The notes beneath the pieces were generated by a model. The model was not told the DNA's origin. It did no database searches and was given only the letters and a program-made list of their open reading frames with translations. From contig JAGOUR010000002.1 in assembly GCA_018061145.1 (NCBI GenBank), positions 1,939 to 65,938 on the forward strand: 64,000 bases of DNA, written 5' to 3'. Source of the stretch: Minisyncoccota bacterium. GTDB lineage: Bacteria; Patescibacteriota; Minisyncoccia; Phycocordibacterales; UBA9973. The translations under genes were made by a program, and so were the position numbers. Numbering within the stretch: the first letter of the stretch is position 1; each line of letters opens with the position of its first letter. This document shows positions 18,918 to 29,884 of the stretch, one piece after another.

Positions 18918-19328
18918 CTAACGGGATAGATTCAAATAAGTAATTGTAAATTGTAATACTGTGGCGAAGGTGACCCAGGCTAGGTATGGGATGTTGATCA
19001 GAGATACCCACTTTGCATACGGATATATAGCGACTAATGCCCAGATCAGAGTAGTTAGCACGAGGGCAATATCGATAGCGGCGAGGAGATTGTTCTTTAA
19101 TCCGAATTGAAGATAAGTAAAGAGAAAATTGAAAAATAGATTCAATATAAATGGTAATGCTACCCAAAAAGAAATCTTCTTCTCATAGAGCATAAGAAAA
19201 ACTTTACCAAAAGATACAAATATCAGGACATATAGCACTGTCCACACCGGACCAAATAGCCATGAAGGTGGAGCCCAAGTAGGCCTGATAAGAGTCGAAT
19301 ACCAATTGTATGAGTTGTATTTATCCAT
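18918..19328 (-). CDS. tspO: TspO/MBR tryptophan-rich sensory protein
   Basis: W-rich five-TM protein with PSWLFGPVWTVLY, the TspO signature. Confidence 0.8.
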   Translation of the reverse strand: MDKYNSYNWYSTLIRPTWAPPSWLFGPVWTVLYVLIFVSFGKVFLMLYEKKISFWVALPFILNLFFNFLFTYLQFGLKNNLLAAIDIALVLTTLIWALVAIYPYAKWVSLINIPYLAWVTFATVLQFTITYLNLSR

Positions 19329-19333
19329 CCCGT

Positions 19334-19585
19334 TTAGAGATAGGAAGCGCCAAGTCTGTTCTTGAGATAACGCTTGCCCATTCCCGTTTTTAAATATAAT
19401 TCTCTCGACCGAGCTTTGTGCTCATCTAAACATGCTTCGTAATAAATAATGACAAATGGGCCTCGGTCTTTCGTGTGAGTAGATTTTCCGGTGTTGTGCT
19501 GAATAAGGCGCTTCCGTAGGTCATTTGTGCACCCCGTGTATAATTTACCATCTTTTTTACTTTTAAGTACGTAAGTATAGAACAT
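19334..19585 (-). CDS. GIY-YIG nuclease-domain protein, copy 1
   Basis: FYTYVLKSKKDGKLYTGCTNDLRKRLIQHN is the GIY-YIG motif. Confidence 0.8.
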   Translation of the reverse strand: MFYTYVLKSKKDGKLYTGCTNDLRKRLIQHNTGKSTHTKDRGPFVIIYYEACLDEHKARSRELYLKTGMGKRYLKNRLGASYL

Positions 19586-19629
19586 AATTGATCTCTAACG
19601 GGATCCATCCCTACATTATACACCAAAAG

Positions 19630-19661
19630 AAAAAGCCCGGCGCCTAGGCGCCGGGCTTTTT
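19630..19661. terminator. GC-rich hairpin terminator between the two GIY-YIG copies
   Basis: AAAAAGCCCGGCGCC-TAG-GCGCCGGGCTTTTT. Confidence 0.65.
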
Positions 19662-19787
19662 CTTATTTTGCTCTCTTGTTCTTTGTCTTGAAAGTAGGAG
19701 GGTTTTTAATCAATTCAGAAACTTTTTGACTAAGCTTGTTACTACCGATAACGTGTTGTATTTTTCCAATAATTTTTTTCATCCCGT

Positions 19788-20039
19788 TTAGAGATAGGAA
19801 GCGCCAAGTCTGTTCTTGAGATAACGCTTGCCCATTCCCGTTTTTAAAAATAATTCTCTCGACCGAGCTTTGTGCTCATCTAAACATGCTTCGTAATAAA
19901 TAATGACAAATGGGCCTCGGTCTTTCGTGTGAGTAGATTTTCCGGTGTTGTGCTGAATAAGGCGCTTCCGTAGGTCATTTGTGTACCCCGTGTACATATT
20001 ACCATCTTTTTTACTTTTTATTACGTAAGTATAGAACAT
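19788..20039 (-). CDS. GIY-YIG nuclease-domain protein, copy 2 (about 93% amino-acid identity to copy 1)
   Basis: The protein is near-identical: 6 substitutions in 83 aa. The DNA is near-identical over about 255 bp. Confidence 0.8.
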   Translation of the reverse strand: MFYTYVIKSKKDGNMYTGYTNDLRKRLIQHNTGKSTHTKDRGPFVIIYYEACLDEHKARSRELFLKTGMGKRYLKNRLGASYL

Positions 20040-20144
20040 GATTAATCTCTAACGGGATTCATATACACATTATAGCACCTTGAGATAATTAATATATTTG
20101 ACTATTGACATATATTGTGATATAATGCACAAAAATTCAAAACC

Positions 20145-20420
20145 ATGAAGAAGAAGATCGTTAATTGGATTTTGCAAAAAATCCACCTCTCTCTCCAAGA
20201 AGAGATACTATGGAAACTCAAGTTTTCAGATAAGCTAAAGAAGAATCATTACGTAATACCAGAGGAAAAAGAAATCACAGTTGTGATAGATTATCCTGAT
20301 TTTACAAAGATCACTAAGCTTATACCTGAACTCAATAAATCTATCGTATATCTACACGGAGATCACATCAAAGAAAGTAGGGAGATGGATTTGCAGACAG
20401 GCCTATTAGGCCTGATTTAA
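20145..20420 (+). CDS. hypothetical protein (91 aa)
   Basis: Clean ORF followed by a terminator. No recognisable domain. Confidence 0.35.
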   Translation: MKKKIVNWILQKIHLSLQEEILWKLKFSDKLKKNHYVIPEEKEITVVIDYPDFTKITKLIPELNKSIVYLHGDHIKESREMDLQTGLLGLI

Positions 20421-20440
20421 AAAACCAAACAAAGAAACAA

Positions 20441-20476
20441 AAAAAAGTCGGAACCCTCGGTTCCGACTTTTTTTAT
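20441..20476. terminator. bidirectional hairpin terminator
   Basis: AAAAAAAGTCGGAACC-CTC-GGTTCCGACTTTTTTT. Confidence 0.65.
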
Positions 20477-20913
20477 TATCTAATCACGTTTATGAACAAG
20501 AATACGAGAGACCACCATCCGATGAATGAGAGGATAAAACTACCCATAACCTGATGCTGCATCTTCTTTGGTAGAAGCTCCTGGGATAGACCCATCTTTT
20601 CTCTGTGGATCAACTTTGGGCTGATGACGAAAGATAGGAACATACCATTCGCAATCAAGATCACGATCACATTCATCCAGATAGAATACTCTGCTAGAGA
20701 TATGATATAGGCATTCTTCATGAGGAGTGCACCGATAGTCACCAGTGCGATACCTATCCAAATAAGAGGCTTTGTCACCTTGTGTGCACGGATAGTAGCC
20801 TCGGTCCAGTACGCTGATGTACGACCGAGAAAACCATGTAAATCAATAACGATGACTGCACCTAGACCGATAATAAAACCTACGATTGTTATAAAAATTG
20901 GGAATATTTCCAT
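20476..20913 (-). CDS. integral membrane protein of unknown function (4 TM)
   Basis: Hydrophobic profile only. Confidence 0.45.
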   Translation of the reverse strand: MEIFPIFITIVGFIIGLGAVIVIDLHGFLGRTSAYWTEATIRAHKVTKPLIWIGIALVTIGALLMKNAYIISLAEYSIWMNVIVILIANGMFLSFVISPKLIHREKMGLSQELLPKKMQHQVMGSFILSFIGWWSLVFLFINVIR

Positions 20914-20916
20914 ATA

Positions 20917-22044
20917 TTATTTTTTGTTAAATGTTGCTAATAATAATTCACTATCCGTGCCGATGCGCTGTGGTGGACCCCAGCCACCTAGCCCACTCGT
21001 AGTATAAAATAAAGTATCATCCTTCTGTACAAAACCATAAGCATGCTCGCCATAAATCTTTTTTACGATTAGAGTCATGGGCCATACCTGTCCACGATGA
21101 GTATGACCAAAGAATGCAAATGATACACCTGCATCTTTTATTATATCAGTATTTATCGGAATATGCTTCAATAGAATACTAGGAGAATCGTGATCATACA
21201 TAAATCCACTGAGTATTTTATTTGTAGCATTTGTATCCGCATCGCTCTTTGCATTGGTCGTGTATGGCACACCTAGGAGCTGTACACCGCCTACATCGAT
21301 ATTCTGATTGTCTAGGATAATAAATCCTGCGGACTTGAGTGCATCGATACTAGCAGACATACCGGCGTACTCCTCGTGATTGCCACTAGCAAAATACTTG
21401 CCATACGGAGGATTGAAATCTTTGTATACATCTGAAAAAACATGAAGATCTTTCTTTGGACCGTCGAAAAAATCTCCGGATACAAATAATATGTCTGGAT
21501 TCACTGATCGAATGAGGGCAAGATCTTTTTCCGCCTTTGCCTTGCCGTGGATATTGCCATAGTGAGTATCAGCCAAGAAAACAGCCTTTCTGCCCTGCCA
21601 AGAATCCGGTAGATTTTTTACTGAGATATCCCTCTTCACAAATACAGAGTCAGATCCATGATATATACCATATGCAGACACAGCAAAAGCCATAGCTACC
21701 AAGATACCAGGGATAAATACATACATACCGCTACCTATGGGGATAAAATACCGCAAGACGACAGACAAGATCACAGCCAGAAATAGCCAGAATATAGTCC
21801 CCAGCCATACAGCAGCAAAATAATAAATATAGCCAGTGAGAGTATTTTCAAATTTCTGGACCAGCATCATGCCGAAAGTAAAAGACAAGGATAGCAGTAT
21901 TATAACAGCACCAAAAATGTATCTATTTTTTTCTAATACATAAAAAGTGCTCACACCGAATCGGTATAGTACATAGTGCACGAGCAACAATATAACCTGC
22001 ATGAATCCAACAATAAAAACAAAAATTTTGATACTCGGTGACAT
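20917..22044 (-). CDS. membrane-anchored calcineurin-like metallophosphoesterase
   Basis: N-terminal TM helices precede the metallophosphoesterase motifs DTHYG, GDFFDG, GNHE and GHTHRG. Confidence 0.8.
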   Translation of the reverse strand: MSPSIKIFVFIVGFMQVILLLVHYVLYRFGVSTFYVLEKNRYIFGAVIILLSLSFTFGMMLVQKFENTLTGYIYYFAAVWLGTIFWLFLAVILSVVLRYFIPIGSGMYVFIPGILVAMAFAVSAYGIYHGSDSVFVKRDISVKNLPDSWQGRKAVFLADTHYGNIHGKAKAEKDLALIRSVNPDILFVSGDFFDGPKKDLHVFSDVYKDFNPPYGKYFASGNHEEYAGMSASIDALKSAGFIILDNQNIDVGGVQLLGVPYTTNAKSDADTNATNKILSGFMYDHDSPSILLKHIPINTDIIKDAGVSFAFFGHTHRGQVWPMTLIVKKIYGEHAYGFVQKDDTLFYTTSGLGGWGPPQRIGTDSELLLATFNKK

Positions 22045-22257
22045 AAATATATTATACTATAAAAAATAAAAATACCCGCAATTGCGAGTATTTTTATAAT
22101 TACTTTTTCTTTGCAGCCTTTGGCTTTTTCTTTTCTTTTTGATGACCTACTCCTTTTGCCATAATGATTGGTTGCTTTTAGCTATTAGCGATTTGCTTTT
22201 AGATAAAAACAAAATAAATTTTATTACTAATAATTTTATTATATCAAAAATAAAATA

Positions 22258-23226
22258 TTAAACTAATGCTTTTTTGAATTTATTTATCTTGTCTTTTGCT
22301 TTGCACCACATATCACAGTACGCTATACCACCAGATGGATGATCCGGAGGATTCTCCTCGAGACAATCGATACAGCAGATAAAGTGATCGTGACAACGGA
22401 GATTTGCACAGTTCACATAGTGCTCGCTCGGCTTGTGGCACCTCTTGCATCGTCCAATAATCTCGTGCTTTGATGGATCAGTAAAATTCAAAGTTAGACG
22501 CTTGTCGAATACGTAGAGTGAACCCTTGAAATCCTGGCCTGGATACTTCTCCATATATGTGACCATACCCCCATCGAGCTGATATACATCTTGGAATCCT
22601 TCACGGACGAGTAGTCCTGATGCCTTTTCACAACGTACGCCACCAGTACACACAGTCAGCACTGTCTTGCCCTTTAGATCCTCAATCTTTTTTAAATTCT
22701 TTTTAAGATCACGGAAATTGTCGAGCTCGGGGAATACTGTGCCTTCAAATTTGCCGACTTCTAGCTCGTAAACATTTCTCATGTCTACGATATGGAATTC
22801 TTTTCCTTCCTCATACCATTTACGTAATTCTTCAGGTTTTAAATGCACACCAGTCATAACATTTGGATCTATATCTTCATCATCGTCACCTAGATGCAAT
22901 GATACTATCTCCTTTCGGACCTTTACAGAGAGGCGCGGGAATGCAGTACCACCATCCATACCGGCACTCACCTTCCAGTGAATATCTGCAAAGCGTAGAT
23001 CGGAGACTAGAATACGCTGGTATTCACGGCAGGATTCATCTGTACCCTCTACCGTACCATTGATACCCTCTGTGGCTATGATGATGCGACCCTTCAGTCC
23101 CAAGGCCTTGCAGAGAGCAAAATGCTCTTCACGAAAAGCCTGAGGATCGTCGATATGGACGTATTTATAATATAAAAGTATTGTGTGTTTTGAATTCATA
23201 AGTCTAGATAATATACCAGATTTCAT
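22258..23226 (-). CDS. trhO: rhodanese-domain tRNA U34 hydroxylase-like protein (TrhO/YceA, UPF0176)
   Basis: LLYYKYVHIDDPQAFREEH and IIATEGINGT match the YceA N-terminus. The rhodanese Cys loop is CTGGVRCEKAS, and there is a C-terminal Cys-rich tail. Confidence 0.75.
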   Translation of the reverse strand: MKSGILSRLMNSKHTILLYYKYVHIDDPQAFREEHFALCKALGLKGRIIIATEGINGTVEGTDESCREYQRILVSDLRFADIHWKVSAGMDGGTAFPRLSVKVRKEIVSLHLGDDDEDIDPNVMTGVHLKPEELRKWYEEGKEFHIVDMRNVYELEVGKFEGTVFPELDNFRDLKKNLKKIEDLKGKTVLTVCTGGVRCEKASGLLVREGFQDVYQLDGGMVTYMEKYPGQDFKGSLYVFDKRLTLNFTDPSKHEIIGRCKRCHKPSEHYVNCANLRCHDHFICCIDCLEENPPDHPSGGIAYCDMWCKAKDKINKFKKALV

Positions 23227-23297
23227 GGGAAATATAAAATTTGCAAAGCCAAGTTTTTAGGTATAGAATTTAGAAAAACCTCTAAATCTTTAATATC

Positions 23298-23957
23298 ATG
23301 GAAAATACAAATGACTACACAATCGAAGTTGACCATTTTGGTAAATGTTTTATCTGGAAAACAGATGGTACTTATGAATCTGAACATTTTGATAACAGGT
23401 TAAATCTATTTGATAAAATAAACCAAGTGATAGACGATCTTGATATCAGTGAAGATAACTCTATTTCTTTATTAGAAAACTTAATCGAGACGTTCTTGCC
23501 AAATTTTCCCAAAGGATACAAAAAATCCGAAGAAGAAGACACAGATAGATACTATGATGAATGCGATTTTATCTCTGAGGTATACTTCTCAATTAGCGAC
23601 ATGGAAATAAGCAAGGTGCTCGCAGAAGCACCATCAATTCCATTTTTAAAAGTATTTGGTGAGGGTAGAAATTTATACGGAAACATCTATTTTAACTATT
23701 TAAAAGGAAAAAATGATGATGAAAATGAAGAATCCGAAGATGAATTTTTTCCTAATTGTGTTTCTGTCATGAGTAAAAAAGAGGGCTACGAATGGGTTGA
23801 GAAGAAAGACAACCAATGCGTCATGACTATTGTTGAAAAAGAGAATCTGATTAATCAGATAGATGAATCTAGGCTCCCCGATAATCCAGAAATAAATTAT
23901 CTAAAAAAAGGATATTTAACTGCTGGAGTAAGTGAATCCTTAATTAAAAAGAATTAA
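23298..23957 (+). CDS. acidic hypothetical protein (219 aa)
   Basis: ORF only. Glu/Asp-rich, with no motif I recognise. Confidence 0.4.
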   Translation: MENTNDYTIEVDHFGKCFIWKTDGTYESEHFDNRLNLFDKINQVIDDLDISEDNSISLLENLIETFLPNFPKGYKKSEEEDTDRYYDECDFISEVYFSISDMEISKVLAEAPSIPFLKVFGEGRNLYGNIYFNYLKGKNDDENEESEDEFFPNCVSVMSKKEGYEWVEKKDNQCVMTIVEKENLINQIDESRLPDNPEINYLKKGYLTAGVSESLIKKN

Positions 23958-23995
23958 AAAAACCGTTGCGAGATAACTACTCGCCACGGTCTTTT

Positions 23996-24535
23996 TTATA
24001 TCTTCCTACTATCATATGCCCAGTGCAGTAGTGCCTGGCGCTGGCGAGGACGGCAATGCAGATCTCCCGGCCTGCAATTCGCAGATATAGCCCCCGCATG
24101 ACGGCGAATAGCGCGCCATCGAGCAATCTGCCGATCATCCTCTCGTGGCAATCTACGGCCCATATAATAGCGACAATACCACTGGAACCACCCCCTAGGA
24201 TCCTCCCGGCGATGGATCCACCCACGGCGTATCCACTCACCTAATGATTGACTAGCATTCACCTTGAAGAAATTCAGATCAGGATCGCGCTTGTCCCCAG
24301 TGGCAAATTTTGCATCTGTGAACCAATCACTCGGGAATTCATCTGTACAATCGCGCATATAAATACCACCAAATACACCCAATTCTAGCATTTGTTTTGG
24401 GGTCAGATCAGGTCGAAAATCCGGATGGAAATTTTTACCCATCGGCTCGGTGATCTCGTATTCATAATTCTTCTGCATCTTGTCATGCACGATGACTTTT
24501 TTTGACATGAGTCTATTATAACAAAAAAAGTACAA
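23996..24535 (-). CDS. conserved hypothetical protein; the C-terminal third is Arg-rich and lies in a GC-rich patch (possible fusion or frameshift)
   Basis: The motifs GVFGGIYMRDCTDEF and RGWFQWYCRYYMGRR look like a conserved family that I cannot name. The 3' 250 bp is GC-rich with an overlapping alternative frame. Confidence 0.4.
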   Translation of the reverse strand: MYFFCYNRLMSKKVIVHDKMQKNYEYEITEPMGKNFHPDFRPDLTPKQMLELGVFGGIYMRDCTDEFPSDWFTDAKFATGDKRDPDLNFFKVNASQSLGEWIRRGWIHRREDPRGWFQWYCRYYMGRRLPREDDRQIARWRAIRRHAGAISANCRPGDLHCRPRQRQALLHWAYDSRKI

Positions 24536-24577
24536 CGTTGCTGTTGTACTTTTTTACTTTAATAACTTCAAACTTTT

Positions 24578-24847
24578 TTACATCAAACGCCTCAATTCTG
24601 AAGCCTCACTTTTGTACCCGGCATCCAATAATTTACGATACAAATAATCAACTGCTTTTCTAAATAAAGCAACTCTTTGACATCGTGTGTCATCGGTCAT
24701 GATAGCGTAATTTACAATATCTAAATAGGTTACCTCCTTGATTTGTCCACGTTCACGAAACATAAACAATTCAATAAAACAAGAAATAAATCTCTCATGT
24801 GTTGAACAAATAACGGATTTGATCAACAAATTTTTTGATTGGTCCAT
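24578..24847 (-). CDS. hypothetical protein (89 aa)
   Basis: ORF only. Confidence 0.3.
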   Translation of the reverse strand: MDQSKNLLIKSVICSTHERFISCFIELFMFRERGQIKEVTYLDIVNYAIMTDDTRCQRVALFRKAVDYLYRKLLDAGYKSEASELRRLM

Positions 24848-24896
24848 ATTTTTAAGATTAGTTGAGTGTATTATACCACTTATAGCCTAAAAAATC

Positions 24897-24962
24897 AATC
24901 CTATTAGAAGCAGATCGCCCCAAGGTGACCATAGCACCCGATTACTATCGGGTGCGGCTTCT
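24897..24962 (-). other. candidate structured RNA leader: nested stems in the 5' region of the 24578..24847 gene
   Basis: The outer stem TTAGAAGC/GCTTCTAA encloses the hairpin GCACCCGAT-TACTA-ATCGGGTGC and a GC-rich single-stranded stretch CGCCCCAAGGTGACC. Confidence 0.2.
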
Positions 24963-24980
24963 AACAGGACAGGTCAAACA

Positions 24981-25008
24981 AAAAAGCCCCATATATAGGG
25001 CTCTTTTG
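24981..25008 (-). terminator. terminator of the ATP synthase operon
   Basis: AAAAGCCCC-ATATAT-AGGGCTCTTTT directly downstream of atpC. Confidence 0.5.
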
Positions 25009-25009
25009 A

Positions 25010-25453
25010 TTATTTTCTGTATTTTCTTGTTCTCCACTTGTCGGCGATCTTGACTCTGTTGAGAGATCTCTCGAGTTCTGCCTCGAAGTGTTCAAAGTCG
25101 ACATGAGATTTGTTGTCCATCTTTTTCTTCAGATCGACAGCACGTGTACGAGCCTCCTCTATCTTTTCATCAGATAGTTCAGCTACATGCTCGGCAAAGT
25201 CTGCTAGGACTGCTACAGTAGTGACACCGTCTTCATCCTTGACCTCAACGAATCCACCAGTCACAGCCATCGGGATATACTCGCCTAATGCCATAGCTAC
25301 CACATCACCAGATTTCAATCCTGCGATCAGCGGGATATGTCCTGCGAGAATTGTAATCTCCCCTTCTGTAGTCGGAATAGAGACTTGGTCTACTGTATCC
25401 TCGAGAACTAATCTCTCTGGTGTGACTATCTTAAGTTTTAATTGTTTATTCAT
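25010..25453 (-). CDS. atpC: F1 ATP synthase epsilon subunit
   Basis: LKIVTPERLVLEDTVDQVSIPTTEGEITILAGHIPLIAGL. Last gene of the atp operon. Confidence 0.85.
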   Translation of the reverse strand: MNKQLKLKIVTPERLVLEDTVDQVSIPTTEGEITILAGHIPLIAGLKSGDVVAMALGEYIPMAVTGGFVEVKDEDGVTTVAVLADFAEHVAELSDEKIEEARTRAVDLKKKMDNKSHVDFEHFEAELERSLNRVKIADKWRTRKYRK

Positions 25454-25569
25454 AAATTTTTAATTTAAAATTTTTAATTTTATAAATAATTTCTTAATGC
25501 ATTAATGTTTAAAAAATTAAATCATTTGAACATTATTTAAAAATTACAAAATTAAACATTACAAAATTT
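25454..25569. repeat. AT-rich intergenic repeat element, family member A
   Basis: A 116-bp spacer with almost no G/C that shares ATTATTTAAAAATTA(C/A)AAAATT with element B. Confidence 0.5.
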
Positions 25570-27043
<1,474 letters not shown>

Positions 27044-27946
27044 TTATGACACACTTGCCATACCGGCACTAATCTCACTAATCTCGCGGGTAATACCTGC
27101 CTGACGAGCCTTGTTGAATGCTAATGTCAGATCATCTATCATCTCGCCTGCGGCTTCGGATGCATTCTTCATGGCCATCATACGGGAAGATTGTTCACTG
27201 GCTTGGGACTCTAGGATCATCTGGTAGACTTGCATTCTGATCAACTTCTCTGCCAATGATTCGATGAGTGATTCCTTGTCTCCATCAAATGTGTATTCGA
27301 TAGTATTTTCTTTTACTTCCAATCTATCTCTCTCTTCTCCGACTTCTTCGATGGCGATCTTGAGCTCGGCGCGACTGATAGGTAGGAGCTGTCTGATATT
27401 TGGCTTTTGAGATAGTGCTGATACAAAGTCTGTGTAGGCTACATAAATCCTACCGTACGTCCCCTTTTTGTATTCATTTGTAATCATAGTAGAAATCGGT
27501 GATATCTCTCGTAGGTCTATATTGTCGGAAAGCTCTGGAAATGTAGCTATTATATTCTGGCCTGTGCGATTCATCGCTACATCACCCTTTTTACCGATAG
27601 TCACTAGATCTATACTACGAGAATCAGTAGCTTCACGGAGCATCTTGATAGTCTTTTTTATGACTTGAGCATTGTAGGCTCCACAGAGTCCACGATTTGA
27701 AGTGATGAGTATAACCAAATCTTTCTCTACTCCATTGTCATTGAAAAATGCATGAGACACTTCATCTAGTCGTGAAGATAGTGATGACAGTACATCCCAT
27801 GAATAAGAAGCATAAAGGCGAGATGCGAGTGCAGAAGAAACCGCACGCTTCATCTTGGAAGCCGCTACGAGCTCCATCGCTTTCGTAATCTTCTTTGTGT
27901 TCTTCACACTCTTTATTCTTCTTTTAATTTCTTTTGTTCCTGCCAT
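27044..27946 (-). CDS. atpG: F1 ATP synthase gamma subunit
   Basis: N-terminal MAGTKEIKRRIKSVKNTKKITKAMELVAASKMKRA and the C-terminal conserved helix. Confidence 0.9.
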   Translation of the reverse strand: MAGTKEIKRRIKSVKNTKKITKAMELVAASKMKRAVSSALASRLYASYSWDVLSSLSSRLDEVSHAFFNDNGVEKDLVILITSNRGLCGAYNAQVIKKTIKMLREATDSRSIDLVTIGKKGDVAMNRTGQNIIATFPELSDNIDLREISPISTMITNEYKKGTYGRIYVAYTDFVSALSQKPNIRQLLPISRAELKIAIEEVGEERDRLEVKENTIEYTFDGDKESLIESLAEKLIRMQVYQMILESQASEQSSRMMAMKNASEAAGEMIDDLTLAFNKARQAGITREISEISAGMASVS

Positions 27947-27958
27947 ATAATTTATTTT

Positions 27959-29461
27959 TTATTTCAAAAATCCTGCAGTGAAATCTGCAATTGCTTTCTT
28001 CAAAGATTCTTCACTTGCATCTGTCCACATCTTTGTATTGCGAACATCTGAGTAAAAATCTTTTGCATTCTGCTCTGTGTAATCTAGGAGTTCAGCTTCG
28101 AATTCTTTTAGCTTTTCTACTGGTACAGTATCTAGATAGCCTTTTGTAAGAGCATATAGAGTCACAACTTGGCGTGTAGTCTCTACTGGAGAGTACTGTG
28201 GTTGCTTTAGGATTTCTACTGCACGCTTTCCACGCTCTAGCTGGCGCTTTGTAGATTCATCGAGATCTGAACCGAATTGAGCGAAAGCTTCAAGTTCACG
28301 GAATTGAGCAAGGTCGAGCTTCAATGTACCAGACACCTTTTTCATAGCCTTGATCTGAGCAGATGATCCCACGCGAGACACGGATAGACCTACGTTTACA
28401 GCTGGGCGGATACCCTTGTAGAAGAGATCAGTTTCAAGGAAGATTTGTCCGTCTGTAATAGAGATCACGTTTGTAGGAATGTATGCAGATACGTCACCAG
28501 CCTGAGTCTCGATGATAGGTAGAGCTGTGATAGATCCACCACCGTATTCTTTATTCTTTCTACATGCACGTTCTAGTAGACGTGAGTGAAGGTAGAACAC
28601 ATCTCCAGGGTAAGCTTCACGGCCTGGTGGACGACGTAGCAATAGAGAGATCTCACGGTAAGCAACAGCGTGCTTTGAAAGATCATCGTATATGATCAAT
28701 ACATCTTGACCCTTGTCCATAAAGTATTCAGCAATAGCGACTCCTGTATATGGAGCGATGTATGAGAGAGCTGCTGATTCAGACGCACCTGCAGACACGA
28801 TAACGGTGTAATCCATAGCACCACCTTCCTCTAGACGAGTCTGGAGTTTGCGTAGTTTTGAATCCTTTTGTCCGATTGAGACATACACACAGATCATATT
28901 CTGACCCTTTTGGTTCAATATTGTGTCGATAGCGATAGCAGTCTTTCCAGTCTGACGGTCACCGATGATGAGCTCGCGTTGTCCGCGACCGATCGGGATC
29001 AATGCATCGATACCCTTGATACCAGTCTGCACTGGCTGATCGACTCCCTGACGACTCATAACTCCTGAGGCCACTTTTTCAACTGCACTTGTAGATGTAG
29101 TCTTTATAGCGCCCTTGCCATCGATCTCTTTACCTAGAGCATTCACAACACGGCCGACGATAGCATCGCCTACCTCTACTTCCAAAATACGGCCTGTTGG
29201 TTTTACCTCTTCACCTTCTACTATCTTTGAGAAATCACCAAGGATGATGATACCTACTGTGTCTTCTTCCAGGTTCAATGCTACACCAATCTCTCCACGT
29301 GGGAATGTCACCATTTCTGATGCCTTTAGATCTGAAAGGCCTGACACACGAGCGATACCGTCGAACACCTCAATAACATGACCAACTTTTTCTGCCTTCT
29401 GATCAGCTTGGAATTTTTCGATTTGCTTTCTTAAGTTTTCTACAATTGTATTTTTTGCCAT
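27959..29461 (-). CDS. atpA: F1 ATP synthase alpha subunit
   Basis: Walker A is GDRQTGKT. Length is 500 aa. Confidence 0.95.
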   Translation of the reverse strand: MAKNTIVENLRKQIEKFQADQKAEKVGHVIEVFDGIARVSGLSDLKASEMVTFPRGEIGVALNLEEDTVGIIILGDFSKIVEGEEVKPTGRILEVEVGDAIVGRVVNALGKEIDGKGAIKTTSTSAVEKVASGVMSRQGVDQPVQTGIKGIDALIPIGRGQRELIIGDRQTGKTAIAIDTILNQKGQNMICVYVSIGQKDSKLRKLQTRLEEGGAMDYTVIVSAGASESAALSYIAPYTGVAIAEYFMDKGQDVLIIYDDLSKHAVAYREISLLLRRPPGREAYPGDVFYLHSRLLERACRKNKEYGGGSITALPIIETQAGDVSAYIPTNVISITDGQIFLETDLFYKGIRPAVNVGLSVSRVGSSAQIKAMKKVSGTLKLDLAQFRELEAFAQFGSDLDESTKRQLERGKRAVEILKQPQYSPVETTRQVVTLYALTKGYLDTVPVEKLKEFEAELLDYTEQNAKDFYSDVRNTKMWTDASEESLKKAIADFTAGFLK

Positions 29462-29462
29462 A

Positions 29463-29867
29463 TTAGTTTTTGATTAAATGTGTTTTTAATTGGTTTAATT
29501 TGTTCGACAATGTCATATCTATAACTTCATCACGAATTCTGACTTTTACTCCGGCGATCAGACTCTCGTCCTGGTGCTCATCTATCTCTATCTCCTCGGC
29601 CTTGTATTTATGCTTTAGGACATCAGAGAGTTCAGCGAGTAATTTTGGAGTGAGCTTTTCTGCGGTAGTCACATCCACCCTGAGCCTCTTTTCCTTTTTG
29701 TCTATCAAAATCTGTAAGTGGTCGAGAACTTCTTTGTATTTACCGAGCATCCGATTCTTTTCAAGAAATGATACTGTATCACCCAAAAATGCAGACAATT
29801 CTTTGCCCTCTTTATTTTTACATCCGGCATATACAGCCTCTGCAATTGTTTTTGGTGATATTTTCAT
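29463..29867 (-). CDS. atpH: ATP synthase delta (OSCP) subunit, short form
   Basis: Its position between atpF and atpA and its OSCP-like helical composition support the call. 134 aa. Confidence 0.7.
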   Translation of the reverse strand: MKISPKTIAEAVYAGCKNKEGKELSAFLGDTVSFLEKNRMLGKYKEVLDHLQILIDKKEKRLRVDVTTAEKLTPKLLAELSDVLKHKYKAEEIEIDEHQDESLIAGVKVRIRDEVIDMTLSNKLNQLKTHLIKN

Positions 29868-29884
29868 AATTTTTATACTTATTC

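Noticed and set aside
18430-19167. 245-aa ORF-track entry
   Set aside because: Its N-terminal half overlaps tspO in another frame. The EVE domain begins at the internal Met at 18906.
22100-22162. 20-aa Lys-rich peptide MAKGVGHQKEKKKPKAAKKK
   Set aside because: It is too short and sits in an A/T-rich spacer, so it is probably not a gene.
24897-24962. Possible SRP (4.5S) RNA
   Set aside because: GAAGCAG/CCAAGG and CAGGACAGGTC resemble SRP helix-8 motifs. But they occur in the wrong order and orientation, and the expected GNRA apical hairpin is missing.
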